Source: Pyrinomonadaceae bacterium
GTDB taxonomy: Bacteria > Acidobacteriota > Blastocatellia > Pyrinomonadales > Pyrinomonadaceae
Assembly (NCBI GenBank): GCA_046313635.1
Contig: JBKBYA010000006.1
Location: 96,001-160,000 of the forward strand
Reading direction: 5' to 3'
DNA length: 64,000 nt
Shown here: positions 31,521 through 40,460 of the stretch, piece after piece
How the letters are laid out: the number at the start of each line of letters is the position of its first letter
Numbering within the stretch: the stretch's first letter is position 1
Position numbers and translations under genes: made by a program
Notes under the pieces: model-generated
Database searches by the model: none
Seen by the model: the letters and a program-made list of their open reading frames with translations, nothing else
What the model was told of the DNA's origin: nothing

Positions 31521-33017
31521 CTAAGACGCTGTCGTTGAGCGGCGAGCGCGGTCGGCCGCGAAATCGATAAATCCCGTTCGCGGGTCTGCGGAGAGCAGCG
31601 TGACCGTCACGGCCTCGCCGACCTCGAGACCGCGTTCGCCGCGGACGACGCGGCCGTCCACCGGCGGCCTCAGGATGCGCGCGAATGTGCCGCTCTTTGT
31701 AACGCCGGTGACGATCGCCTTAAAGCTCTCGCCGATGTGCCGCCGCATCACGTTCGCGGCGACGACCTTGCGTATCTTGCGTTCGACCTTGCGCGCGGCC
31801 GACTCCTGCAGGTTGCAGCGCTCGGCGATCGCGTTCAGCTCCTCAAACGTGTAGGGCTCGCCGTCGCCCCGCAGCGCGGCCTTGACCAGACGCTGGACGA
31901 TGATGTCCGAGTAGCGGCGATTCGGCGCGGTCGAGTGAGCGTAGTCGCGCACCGCGAGACCGAAGTGGCCGTCCGACCCCACTCCCGGCCGCTTGACGAC
32001 ATAATCGCCCGAGCCGATCAGCTTGACGATCGACAGCGACAGGTCGGGAAAGTGCAGCGGGTCGGCCTCGCGGCGGCGATCGAGAAATGCCGACAAAGCG
32101 ATCGCGTCAGGCTCCGCGGGCAGCGGCTCGTCGTATTCGGCGGCGATCTTTCGAATGCCGTCCCAACGCTCGGGCGTCTTGACTACGCGGCGCAGCGAGA
32201 ACGAATTGTTTCGCTCGAGAAACTCGGCCATCTCGACATTCGCCGCGATCATAAAATTCTCTATGATCCGCCGCGCCGAGTTTGTCTTGACCGTCTCGAG
32301 GCCGCGGATCTCGCCGCCGACGACGATCGCCGACGACTCGATCGACTCAAATTCCAACGCTCCTCGTTCGCACCTGTAGCGATGAAGCCGCCCGGCCGCC
32401 TCGGCCTGCAGCCGAAGCTGCCGCTCGAGGCCGTCGATCCCTTTCACCTTATCTGGCAGCGGGGCGTCGCCCTCAAGCCACTCGCCGATCTCGGAGTAAT
32501 TCAGCTTCGCGCGGTTGCGCGTCCAAGCGAGAAAGACGTCGTTGCCGGGCACGTCGCCATTCTCTTTGATCACGAGCTCGACGACGACGCAGAGGCGGTC
32601 GGCGTCCTCGACGAGCGAGGTCAGATCGAACGAGAGCTCCTCAGGCAGCAGCGGGAACGTGCGGGCCTCGGTGTAGACGGAGACGGTATTATGAGCCGCG
32701 TGCCTGTCGATCGCGCTGCCCTGCCGGACGTACGGGTCGACGTCCGCGATCCCGATCAGCACGCGAATGTCGCCGTCGTCGAGCCGCTCGGCGTACTCGA
32801 CCTGATCGAGGTCGCGCGACGAGCGATTGTCGATCGACGACCAGAGCAGGCCGCGCAGGTCGCGAACCGACGGGCCGCCTTCGCCCGCGCCGCGCTCGCG
32901 CAGCCCGTCGACCTCGGCGCGGACCTCCGGCGGAAACTCGGGCTCAAACCCGTTCTCGCGCATCACCTGCTCGGCGCGTTCGCTGATCTCGTCGAATGTG
33001 AGTGTGCGGACGGACAT
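31521..33017 (-). CDS. RNB-domain exoribonuclease (RNase II/R family)
   Basis: SIDNRSSRDLDQ, IENFMIAAN, HFGLA...YAHSTAPNRRYSD; C-terminal S1-like domain. Confidence 0.92.
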   Translation of the reverse strand: MSVRTLTFDEISERAEQVMRENGFEPEFPPEVRAEVDGLRERGAGEGGPSVRDLRGLLWSSIDNRSSRDLDQVEYAERLDDGDIRVLIGIADVDPYVRQGSAIDRHAAHNTVSVYTEARTFPLLPEELSFDLTSLVEDADRLCVVVELVIKENGDVPGNDVFLAWTRNRAKLNYSEIGEWLEGDAPLPDKVKGIDGLERQLRLQAEAAGRLHRYRCERGALEFESIESSAIVVGGEIRGLETVKTNSARRIIENFMIAANVEMAEFLERNNSFSLRRVVKTPERWDGIRKIAAEYDEPLPAEPDAIALSAFLDRRREADPLHFPDLSLSIVKLIGSGDYVVKRPGVGSDGHFGLAVRDYAHSTAPNRRYSDIIVQRLVKAALRGDGEPYTFEELNAIAERCNLQESAARKVERKIRKVVAANVMRRHIGESFKAIVTGVTKSGTFARILRPPVDGRVVRGERGLEVGEAVTVTLLSADPRTGFIDFAADRARRSTTAS

Positions 33018-33874
33018 CAGCGGAGGTAGTCCTCGAGGCGCGTCGCGGCGTCGGTCTTTTCGTCACGGTATTTGACGATGATCGGCGCGTAGATCGAGAG
33101 GCCGTTCTCTGCGCCGAAGCCTTTGGTGATCTGCCGCGTTCCCTGCACCACGACCGCGCCGGCCGGCACCTCGAGCGGCTGCTCGCCATCGGACTTGTAG
33201 ATCTCGCCCTTGACGAGGTCAAAGAGCGGCGTCGAGCGCGTGAGTATCACGCCCGATGCAAGTACCGCGCGTTCGCGAACGATCGTTCCCTCGTAAACGC
33301 CCGTGTTGCCGCCGACCAGAACGTCGTCCTCGATCACGACCGGATTTGCGTTGACGGGCTCGAGCACACCGCCGATCTGCGCCGCGGCCGAGAGATGAAC
33401 GCGCTTGCCGATCTGCGCGCACGAGCCGACCAGAGCGTGCGAGTCGATCATCGTCCCTTCGCCGACGTAGGCCCCGACATTCACGTAGCACGGCGGCATC
33501 ATCACGACGCTCTCGGCGACGTACGAGCCGTCGCGAATCGTCGTCCCGCCAGGCACGATCCGGACCTTGTCAAAGGCCGTCGTCGGCCTGACCGGATACG
33601 TGTCTTTGTCAAAGAACCGAAACACCTCGGAGCCCGCCGACATATCGACGATCTCGCCCATCCTGAAGCCGAGCAGGATGCCGCGCTTGACCCATTTGTT
33701 TGTGATCCATTTGCCGCGTTTGTCGCGCTCGGCCGCCCGGATCTGTCCCGACCGCAGAGCGGCCTTGAAGTCCTCAAATACCGCGCGGTCATCGTCGCCG
33801 AATTCGGTCCGCTCAAACAGCTCGCCGATGCGCGTCTGAAGGTCGACGATCTTTTGTACGCTTGCCTTTTTCAT
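33017..33874 (-). CDS. dapD: Tetrahydrodipicolinate N-succinyltransferase
   Basis: [50 protein letters not shown]. Confidence 0.95.
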   Translation of the reverse strand: MKKASVQKIVDLQTRIGELFERTEFGDDDRAVFEDFKAALRSGQIRAAERDKRGKWITNKWVKRGILLGFRMGEIVDMSAGSEVFRFFDKDTYPVRPTTAFDKVRIVPGGTTIRDGSYVAESVVMMPPCYVNVGAYVGEGTMIDSHALVGSCAQIGKRVHLSAAAQIGGVLEPVNANPVVIEDDVLVGGNTGVYEGTIVRERAVLASGVILTRSTPLFDLVKGEIYKSDGEQPLEVPAGAVVVQGTRQITKGFGAENGLSIYAPIIVKYRDEKTDAATRLEDYLR

Positions 33875-33896
33875 ACAGCTCTCCGTAAGGCGCCTC

Positions 33897-34796
33897 TCAC
33901 ACGCCCGCGGCCTGCATCGCGGCCCGCAGCGCATCGCGCGACTCGCGGCCGACCGGCACGAGCGGCAGGCGAAGATTCTCCTCGAGCAGGCCCATCTCCT
34001 TCATCACGAACTTGCACGGCGCGGGCGACGCCTCGATAAAGTTTGCTTCCATAAGCGGGAGGATCTTGTAGTGGATCTTTCGTGCCGCCGTGTGCGCGCC
34101 GTCGAGCGCACGCTCGACCATCCGCGACGTCTCTTTCGGCAGTTCGTTGGAGACGACCGACACGGGTCCTTCGGCGCCGATGGCGATCAGCGGCAGCGTC
34201 GTCGCATCGTCGCCGGAAAAGACCTTAAAGTTCCGCGGCCGGCCCGCGATGATCTCCATGATCTGTGAAAAATTGCCCGACGCCTCCTTGGTCGCGACGA
34301 TATTCTCGAAGTCGGCGGCGAGCCGCAGCGTCGTCGCTGCCGAGATGTTTGACGACGTGCGCGAAGGCACGTTGTAGAGCATTATCGGAAACCCTTTGAC
34401 CGACCGTGCGATCTCGGCAAAATGCGCGTACATCCCGGCCTGCGTCGGCTTGTTGTAATACGGCGCGACGACGAGCGCCGCGTCGGCCCCGGCCTCGCGC
34501 GCACGCCGCGTAAAGTCGATCGTCGCCGCCGTATTGTTGCCGCCGGTGCCGGCGATCACCTTCGCGCCTTTTGAACGCGCGGCCTCGACGGTCAGGCGAA
34601 TGACGGCGAGCCGCTCGACCTCTTCCATCGTCGCGCTCTCACCGGTCGTCCCGCACGGAACTAGCAGCTTCACGCCGCCGCGGACCTGCCGCTCGACGAG
34701 CTGCCGAAAGCAGTCCTCGTCGACCGACCCGTCCCGCCGAAACGGCGTCACAAGCGCGGTCGCACACCCGCGCATCCAATCAAGTCTCATCGTCAT
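33897..34796 (-). CDS. dapA: 4-hydroxy-tetrahydrodipicolinate synthase
   Basis: [35 protein letters not shown]. Confidence 0.96.
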   Translation of the reverse strand: MTMRLDWMRGCATALVTPFRRDGSVDEDCFRQLVERQVRGGVKLLVPCGTTGESATMEEVERLAVIRLTVEAARSKGAKVIAGTGGNNTAATIDFTRRAREAGADAALVVAPYYNKPTQAGMYAHFAEIARSVKGFPIMLYNVPSRTSSNISAATTLRLAADFENIVATKEASGNFSQIMEIIAGRPRNFKVFSGDDATTLPLIAIGAEGPVSVVSNELPKETSRMVERALDGAHTAARKIHYKILPLMEANFIEASPAPCKFVMKEMGLLEENLRLPLVPVGRESRDALRAAMQAAGV

Positions 34797-34798
34797 AA

Positions 34799-34829
34799 AG
34801 TCAGAACCACCCGCGTCAGCGGGCGGGCT
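34799..34829. repeat. REP-like palindrome
   Basis: AGTCAGAACCACCCGCGTCAGCGGGCGGGCT (CCCGC-GTCA-GCGGG stem) directly upstream of dapA. Confidence 0.55.
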
Positions 34830-34923
34830 CTCCGGCGTCGATAGCTATTCATCATTAAAACCGTCGGAATCGTTCCCTAAGACGATCCCCGCGCGCTTTT
34901 CAAAATTCTATTACGCCGCACGC

Positions 34924-35589
34924 TCACGCCATAGCGATACGCTCAAAAAAGTCGGCAAGCTTAACCGCGTCGAGCCGCCCGCCGGTCCTGACACCCGAAC
35001 AAACGTCGAGCCCGAACGGCCGCACGGTCTCGATCGCTTCGACGACATTCTCCGCGTTCAGACCGCCGGCGAGAAAGACCGGCTTGCCGCAGGTCTCGAC
35101 GATGCGGCGGCTCAGGCTCCAGTCGTGGCGACGGCCCGTGCCGCCGAGCTCTTTGACGGCGAGCTTCGGATTGCCGCTGTCGAGCAGTATCGCGTCGACG
35201 TGCTGGGCAAGCTCGCATGCCTCGACGACCGACTCTTCGCCGGTGACATGAATGACCTGGACGAGCTTTACGTTCGGCAGCGCGTCGCGCAGCCTGTCGT
35301 ACTCGCGCTCGACGAGCTCGTCAACGATCTGGATGGTGTTTGTCAGCGTGCGGCGATGGTGGGCGATGATGCCTTCGGCCGTCTGCTCGCTCGTGAGCAG
35401 GAACGTCGCGACCGGCGGCGGAACGAATTTTGCGATCCGCGCGATCGCCTCGTCCTCGATCGGCCCCGGCCCCGAAGGCATCCTGCCGACAAGTCCGATC
35501 GCCGAGGCCCCGCACGAGATCGCGAGCTCGGCCTCGGCCTCGTCGGCGATGCAGCAGATCTTGATTCTAGGTGCCTGATTATTAGCCAC
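34924..35589 (-). CDS. trpF: Phosphoribosylanthranilate isomerase (TrpF family)
   Basis: RIKICCI, ILLDSG, GGTGRRHDW, FLAGGLNAENV, GLDVCSGV; GTG start lies inside a repeat arm. Confidence 0.85.
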   Translation of the reverse strand: MANNQAPRIKICCIADEAEAELAISCGASAIGLVGRMPSGPGPIEDEAIARIAKFVPPPVATFLLTSEQTAEGIIAHHRRTLTNTIQIVDELVEREYDRLRDALPNVKLVQVIHVTGEESVVEACELAQHVDAILLDSGNPKLAVKELGGTGRRHDWSLSRRIVETCGKPVFLAGGLNAENVVEAIETVRPFGLDVCSGVRTGGRLDAVKLADFFERIAMA

Positions 35590-35613
35590 AGATGAACACC
35601 GATCTACACAGAT
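35585..35613 (+). repeat. Decamer-repeat arm downstream of GxxExxY gene
   Basis: GCCACAGATGAACACCGATCTACACAGAT; inverted partner 36037-36065 (24/29 identical). Confidence 0.88.
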
Positions 35614-35628
35614 GTGGGTTGCTTAGCT

Positions 35629-36048
35629 TTAGTGAACGATCCTCTTTACCTCGACCCTGGTATTACCGAAATTGATCAGCAGGCATAACCGCAAGCCCGT
35701 CGCCCGCAGGTAGTTGATGCACTGCGCCCGAAACGCGTCAGAGATCTCACGCACGGCCTTTAATTCCACGATGACTTTTCCTTCCACGAGAAGATCCGCA
35801 TCATAGCGACCCACAATTTGGCCATCGTAAACAACAGCGATCGGCCTCTGCTGCTCGACGCTCAACCCCGCTTTCCCAAGTTCGATTGCGAGAGCGTTCT
35901 CATAGACCTTTTCCAAAAAGCCGCATCCGAGCGTATTGCCGACCTTGAACGCACAGCCGATGATTCTCTCGGATATTTCATTCAGTACCGCCATGTCGCG
36001 ATCATCATTCAGCAGGTTGTCCAACAGGCTTTCTTTATCCGTGTCCAT
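35629..36048 (-). CDS. GxxExxY protein (PD-(D/E)XK nuclease-like)
   Basis: IIGCAFKV...LGCGFLEKVYENAL, ADLLVEGKVIVELKA, Q..NYL, LLINFG. Confidence 0.93.
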   Translation of the reverse strand: MDTDKESLLDNLLNDDRDMAVLNEISERIIGCAFKVGNTLGCGFLEKVYENALAIELGKAGLSVEQQRPIAVVYDGQIVGRYDADLLVEGKVIVELKAVREISDAFRAQCINYLRATGLRLCLLINFGNTRVEVKRIVH

Positions 36049-36065
36049 CTGTGTTCATCCGTGGC
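36037..36065 (+). repeat. Decamer-repeat arm upstream of GxxExxY gene, containing its ATG
   Basis: ATCCGTGTCCATCTGTGTTCATCCGTGGC; start codon at 36046-36048 is within the arm. Confidence 0.88.
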
Positions 36066-36071
36066 AGAGAT

Positions 36072-36776
36072 CTATTGTTGAATTATCTCGTCGAGCACAT
36101 CGACAAAGTCGTAAAAGCCTTTCTTCCCGACGACCCATTCGGCGGCCATTACGGCTCCCGAAGCAAACCCTTCGCGCGAACGGGCCGTGTGCTCGAGCAG
36201 CACCTGGTCCGCCGAGCCGTCAAAGCCGACGCGGTGCGTGCCGGGAATGTTCCCTGCACGTGTCACAGCGATCTCGGAGGCGAGCTTGACGTGCCGAGAG
36301 ACTAGCTCCTCCAATTTCAAGGCCGTGCCGCTCGGCGCGTCCTTTTTTTGCGAATGATGCTGCTCCTCGATAAAGGTCTCGTACTCGGGAAATTTCGCAA
36401 AAAGCTCCGCAGCAAACTGCGCCACGCGGAAAAACAGATTGACGCCGATCGAGAAGTTGGCGCCGAAGACGAATGCTCCCTCACGTTCCCTTACGAGACC
36501 CTCGATCGCCGCACGCTGATCATTCCAACCCGTCGTTCCCTCGACGAGCGGCACGCCCGCGATCATCGAAGCCTCGACGTTGCGCCGTACCGCATCGGCC
36601 GTTGAAAAGTCGATCGCGACATCGGCCTCCGCGGCGCGGAGAGCATGAGCCAGCGCCTCGGCCGGTCGTCTCGCCGCCTCGCCGTGGATCGCCGCGACGA
36701 TCTCGTGCCCGCGCCCGGCCGCCGTCGCGTCGATCAGACGGCCCATCCTTCCATAGCCGATGAGTGCGATCTTCAT
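36072..36776 (-). CDS. dapB: 4-hydroxy-tetrahydrodipicolinate reductase
   Basis: MKIALIGYGRMG, GTTGW, NFSIGVN, EQHHSQKKDAPSGTA, FASGA. Confidence 0.96.
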   Translation of the reverse strand: MKIALIGYGRMGRLIDATAAGRGHEIVAAIHGEAARRPAEALAHALRAAEADVAIDFSTADAVRRNVEASMIAGVPLVEGTTGWNDQRAAIEGLVREREGAFVFGANFSIGVNLFFRVAQFAAELFAKFPEYETFIEEQHHSQKKDAPSGTALKLEELVSRHVKLASEIAVTRAGNIPGTHRVGFDGSADQVLLEHTARSREGFASGAVMAAEWVVGKKGFYDFVDVLDEIIQQ

Positions 36777-36842
36777 ATGTATTTCCGATGCGAAAGCCCG
36801 CACGAAAGTAAGGGCGAAAGACGCCGGTTGAATGTATGGCCC

Positions 36843-37871
36843 TTACTGGCGTGCGGGCGTCTGCATTTGATCGCCGGCGAGCAGATTCGAAGCAAGATCG
36901 ACGTACAGCCCGACCGCGCGTCGAAGATCGGCCTTGAGCACGAATTCGTCCCTGGTATGCGCGACGAGTATAGAGCCCGGGCCGAGCAGCAGCGGCCGGC
37001 CCCAGTTTGTCAGGTACGGAATGTCGGTCGTAAACCGGACCACCTTTTGATCAAAGCCGTCGATCGCCATCAGCTTTACGGGCTCGCTGTACGAGAGGAT
37101 CTCGATCTCGCCTCGGCCGCGAATGACCGATTCGAGTGCCTCGCGAATGATCTTCATCTTCGTCGTCAGCCGTATGAGCAATCCCGCCTCGGCCGACGCG
37201 GGAACGACGTTGAGCGCGACGCCGCCGGCGATGGTGCCGATATTGACGGTCGTCTCGCCAAAGTATTCGTCATTCGGAAAGTGCGTGTGCCGAATGTCGT
37301 CGAGTATCTCGAGCAGCGACTCGACCGCCGAATCGCCCTCTTCCGGATAAGCCGAGTGCGCGGCCTTGCCTCGCGTGCGGATCATTAAACGGAACGCGCC
37401 CTTTGACCCGATCGCGAGATCGTTGTCGGTCGGCTCGCCGTTGATCAGGTACTCGCACTTCGGCGCAAGCCGGTGCTGATTTGCGGCCTTCGCCCCGGTC
37501 GACGCCCGCTCCTCCTCGACCGTGTAGAGCAGCCCGATGTCTTTCGCTCCTCGCCTCCTCAACTCCTCGGCCGCCATTATCTGGGCCGCGATAATTCCCT
37601 TCGCGTCGCATGCCCCGCGGCCGTAGATCTTTTCGTCGTCCTCGGTCGGCGCAATGAAGGGCGGCACCGTGTCCATATGCGTCGATAGCCAGACACGCGG
37701 CGTGTCGTTGAGGTACGCGATGACATTGTTCTGATCGGCTGAAACAGGCTGAAGCTCGACGGTCCATCCAAGCGTTTCAAGCGTGTCGCGCAGAAAGATA
37801 CCGACCGCCTGCTCCTCGCCCGAGACCGACGGTATCGCCATCAAAGATCTGGTCAACTCGAATAGGTCCAT
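36843..37871 (-). CDS. M20 family metallo-deacylase (ArgE/DapE-like)
   Basis: STHMDTVPP, GRGACDAKG, VEEE, GEPT, AHSAYPE, GPG...AH. Confidence 0.9.
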   Translation of the reverse strand: MDLFELTRSLMAIPSVSGEEQAVGIFLRDTLETLGWTVELQPVSADQNNVIAYLNDTPRVWLSTHMDTVPPFIAPTEDDEKIYGRGACDAKGIIAAQIMAAEELRRRGAKDIGLLYTVEEERASTGAKAANQHRLAPKCEYLINGEPTDNDLAIGSKGAFRLMIRTRGKAAHSAYPEEGDSAVESLLEILDDIRHTHFPNDEYFGETTVNIGTIAGGVALNVVPASAEAGLLIRLTTKMKIIREALESVIRGRGEIEILSYSEPVKLMAIDGFDQKVVRFTTDIPYLTNWGRPLLLGPGSILVAHTRDEFVLKADLRRAVGLYVDLASNLLAGDQMQTPARQ

Positions 37872-37885
37872 AGCATCGCGAACTC

Positions 37886-37921
37886 TAATTAATAATTACT
37901 AATTGGTTAATTACTAATTAG
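37886..37921. repeat. AT-rich TAATTA(C) heptamer array between lysC and the M20 gene
   Basis: TAATTAA TAATTAC TAATTGG T TAATTAC TAATTAG in a GC-rich genome. Confidence 0.8.
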
Positions 37922-37926
37922 TGTTC

Positions 37927-39291
37927 TTAAAAGAACTCCTCATGCAGCTTACGGATCACGTCAGCGACGGCCGTCTCATTGACGACAAAGGTCATATTCA
38001 CTTCGGAGGCTCCGTGCGAGACGAGCGAGATGTTGACGTCCGAGATCGTCGAAAAGATCTTGGCCGCGAGTCCGCTGCTCGAGCGGAGTCCTTCGCCGAC
38101 GACGCAGATCACCGCGAAGCCGTGTTCGACCTCGACCTCGCCGAGACGCTCGAGTTCGGCGACGATCTTGTCGAGCGACTCGGTATTGTCGAGCGTCATC
38201 GCGACAGAAACTTCGGATGTAGAGATCACGTCGATCGCCGTGCGGTAGCGCTCAAAGATCTGAAAGAGCGCCGCCATAAAGCCGTACGCCCCGAGCATGC
38301 GCGCCGACGTGATGCGGAGGATCGTGATGTTCTTTTTATGCGCGATCGATTTGATCGTCGAGGGTGCGACGCCCGATTCGGCGAGCACCATCGTGCCGAC
38401 GGCCGCGGGCTCGAAAGTATTGCAGACGCGGACCGGAATGTTGTGATCGATCGCCGGCTTGATCGTCTTAGGGTGCAGAACTTTCGCGCCGAAGTATGCA
38501 AGCTCGGCGGCCTCCTCGTATGAAAGAACCGGTATCGTCCTCGCGTCGCCGCAGATGCGCGGGTCGCAGGTCATCACGCCGGTGACGTCGGTCCAGATCT
38601 GCAGCTCGCCGGCGCGGAGCGCGGCCGCGACGAGTGCGGCGGAGTAGTCCGACCCGCCGCGTCCCAAAGTCGTCGTCTCGCCGCCGCGGCTCGCCGCGAT
38701 GAAGCCGCCCATCACAGGCACCTCGCCCCCGTCCACGATCGGGCCGAGCTCGAGCCGCACGAGCCGCTCGGTCTCGTCCCAAACGGGCGCGGCCGAGCCG
38801 TACTCGTCGTCGGTCACGATCACGCGGCGCGAATCGACGTGCCTCGCCGCGACGCCCCGCGACCGGAGCACCTCGGTCAGCAGCCGCGACGACAGCTGCT
38901 CGCCGTACGAGACGACCGCGTCCTTGAGCATCGACAGCGGCAAAGATCGACGCGAGACTCGGGTCAAAAGGTCTTCGAGCTCCTCGCGTGCGTAGTTGAA
39001 CTCGGTCAGGAACGGATTGTTTCCCGTCGGCGGCAGAAACTGCTCTGCGACGTCGAGATGCCGCTCAAAGTGCGGCACGAGCGACGCGAACGCCGACGCC
39101 GCATCGCCGCTCTTCGCCGTCTCAAATGCTCCGAGCAGCGCGTCCGTCACCTTGGTCATCGCCGACACGACGACGACGGGACGACGGCCCGTCTGCGACG
39201 AGACGATGCCCGTCACGCGCTCAAAAGCGGCAACGTCGCCTACCGACGTGCCGCCGAATTTCATTACCGTTGGAGATGCGTTTTGGCTCAC
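37927..39291 (-). CDS. lysC: Aspartate kinase
   Basis: VMKFGGTSV, VVVSAM, TTLGRGGSDYSA, WTDVTG, GAKVLHP; two ACT domains. Confidence 0.96.
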   Translation of the reverse strand: MSQNASPTVMKFGGTSVGDVAAFERVTGIVSSQTGRRPVVVVSAMTKVTDALLGAFETAKSGDAASAFASLVPHFERHLDVAEQFLPPTGNNPFLTEFNYAREELEDLLTRVSRRSLPLSMLKDAVVSYGEQLSSRLLTEVLRSRGVAARHVDSRRVIVTDDEYGSAAPVWDETERLVRLELGPIVDGGEVPVMGGFIAASRGGETTTLGRGGSDYSAALVAAALRAGELQIWTDVTGVMTCDPRICGDARTIPVLSYEEAAELAYFGAKVLHPKTIKPAIDHNIPVRVCNTFEPAAVGTMVLAESGVAPSTIKSIAHKKNITILRITSARMLGAYGFMAALFQIFERYRTAIDVISTSEVSVAMTLDNTESLDKIVAELERLGEVEVEHGFAVICVVGEGLRSSSGLAAKIFSTISDVNISLVSHGASEVNMTFVVNETAVADVIRKLHEEFF

Positions 39292-39534
39292 TTGCGCTTC
39301 GAATGCAAGTTCAATTCAAACACGCACCATTGTCAAGAATGCCCGCTGAGGGCGTGTCAACGGTCGCCGCTCCCCTTGCCTCGCGGATCGTCGCCCTTGT
39401 TTGCTCGTGCGGTGCCGCCGGTATGTTTGCCGCCGCTTTCGCCGCCGACGGACGCGAGGTCTATGCCTGCACCGGTGACTAGATGCGTTCCGACGCCGAT
39501 GTAGGGATCGATCGGGAAAAGAACCGTAGCGTCG

Positions 39535-40335
39535 CTACCCGCACAGCACGGCGCCGCCGTTTATGTTGAGGATCTCGCCGGTGATGTGGCGGGCCCACGG
39601 CGAGAGCAGGAAGCAGATCGACAATGCGACGTCGTCGGTCGTCGCGATGCGTCTGAGCGGGATCGAGTCGATGACCTTTTGGTGGTATTCCTCGTCCTCG
39701 AAGGCGGGCCGCACCATCGCAGTCTCGATCCAGCCGGGTGCGACGGCGTTGACGCGGATCTTAGGGCACAGCTCGGATGCGAGAGCTTTGGTGAACGAGA
39801 TCTGGCCGCCTTTCGACGCGGCGTAATTCGAATAGTTCGCCTCGCCGCGCTGGCCGGCCGTTGACGAGACCATCACGATCGCCGCGCCGCCTTCGCGCCG
39901 CTTCATCGAAGGCACGCAGCACTTGGTCATCGCCCAGGCGGATTTGAGATTGGTGTTGAGCACCTTGTTCCAGACCTCCTCGGTCATCTCCTCGATCGGC
40001 GCGCCTTCCCAGATGCCGGCGTTGATCACGAGCAGGTCGATGCCGCCGAACCGCTCGACAGCCTGCCGCGCCAGCTCCTGTGCCTGGAGAAACTCTGAAG
40101 TGTCGGCCTGCACCGCAAAGCTCTCGACCCCGTGCGTCCTGCACGCCGCGACCGTCTCCTCGGCCTCGCCGGCGTTGCTGACGTAGTTGACGACGACATT
40201 TGCCCCACCCTCGGCCAAACGGATCGCCGTCGCGCGGCCGACACCGCGCGAAGACCCGGTGACAATTGCGTTCTTCTCGGCAAACAGACCGTGCGGCAGA
40301 GCGACGGGAACAGGTGCTTCGGACATAGTTTTCAT
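39535..40335 (-). CDS. SDR family oxidoreductase (FabG-like)
   Basis: VTGSSRGVG, NAG, YAASKGG, VNAVAPG. Confidence 0.92.
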   Translation of the reverse strand: MKTMSEAPVPVALPHGLFAEKNAIVTGSSRGVGRATAIRLAEGGANVVVNYVSNAGEAEETVAACRTHGVESFAVQADTSEFLQAQELARQAVERFGGIDLLVINAGIWEGAPIEEMTEEVWNKVLNTNLKSAWAMTKCCVPSMKRREGGAAIVMVSSTAGQRGEANYSNYAASKGGQISFTKALASELCPKIRVNAVAPGWIETAMVRPAFEDEEYHQKVIDSIPLRRIATTDDVALSICFLLSPWARHITGEILNINGGAVLCG

Positions 40336-40432
40336 CGTGTTAAGCTAACTCTATTACAAGAGCCTAAATTTCAAAAAATACAGAAGGTCGGAGCTTTTTC
40401 TACCGCGATCGAGGTCAACGGCGATGCTCCGT

Positions 40433-40460
40433 CTGACCACCGGCCACTGACCACCGACTA
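40433..40460 (+). repeat. C(T/C)GACCA-type heptamer array abutting the acs start codon
   Basis: CTGACCA CCGGCCA CTGACCA CCGACTA|TG. Confidence 0.7.

Noticed and set aside
39339..39482. Short + strand ORF with a signal-like stretch upstream of lysC
   Set aside because: No RBS or family motif; cannot distinguish from a chance ORF.
39292..39534. Lysine riboswitch or confident promoter upstream of lysC
   Set aside because: No recognisable L-box consensus or terminator; two TTGACA hexamers are present on the minus strand but lack a good -10 at proper spacing.
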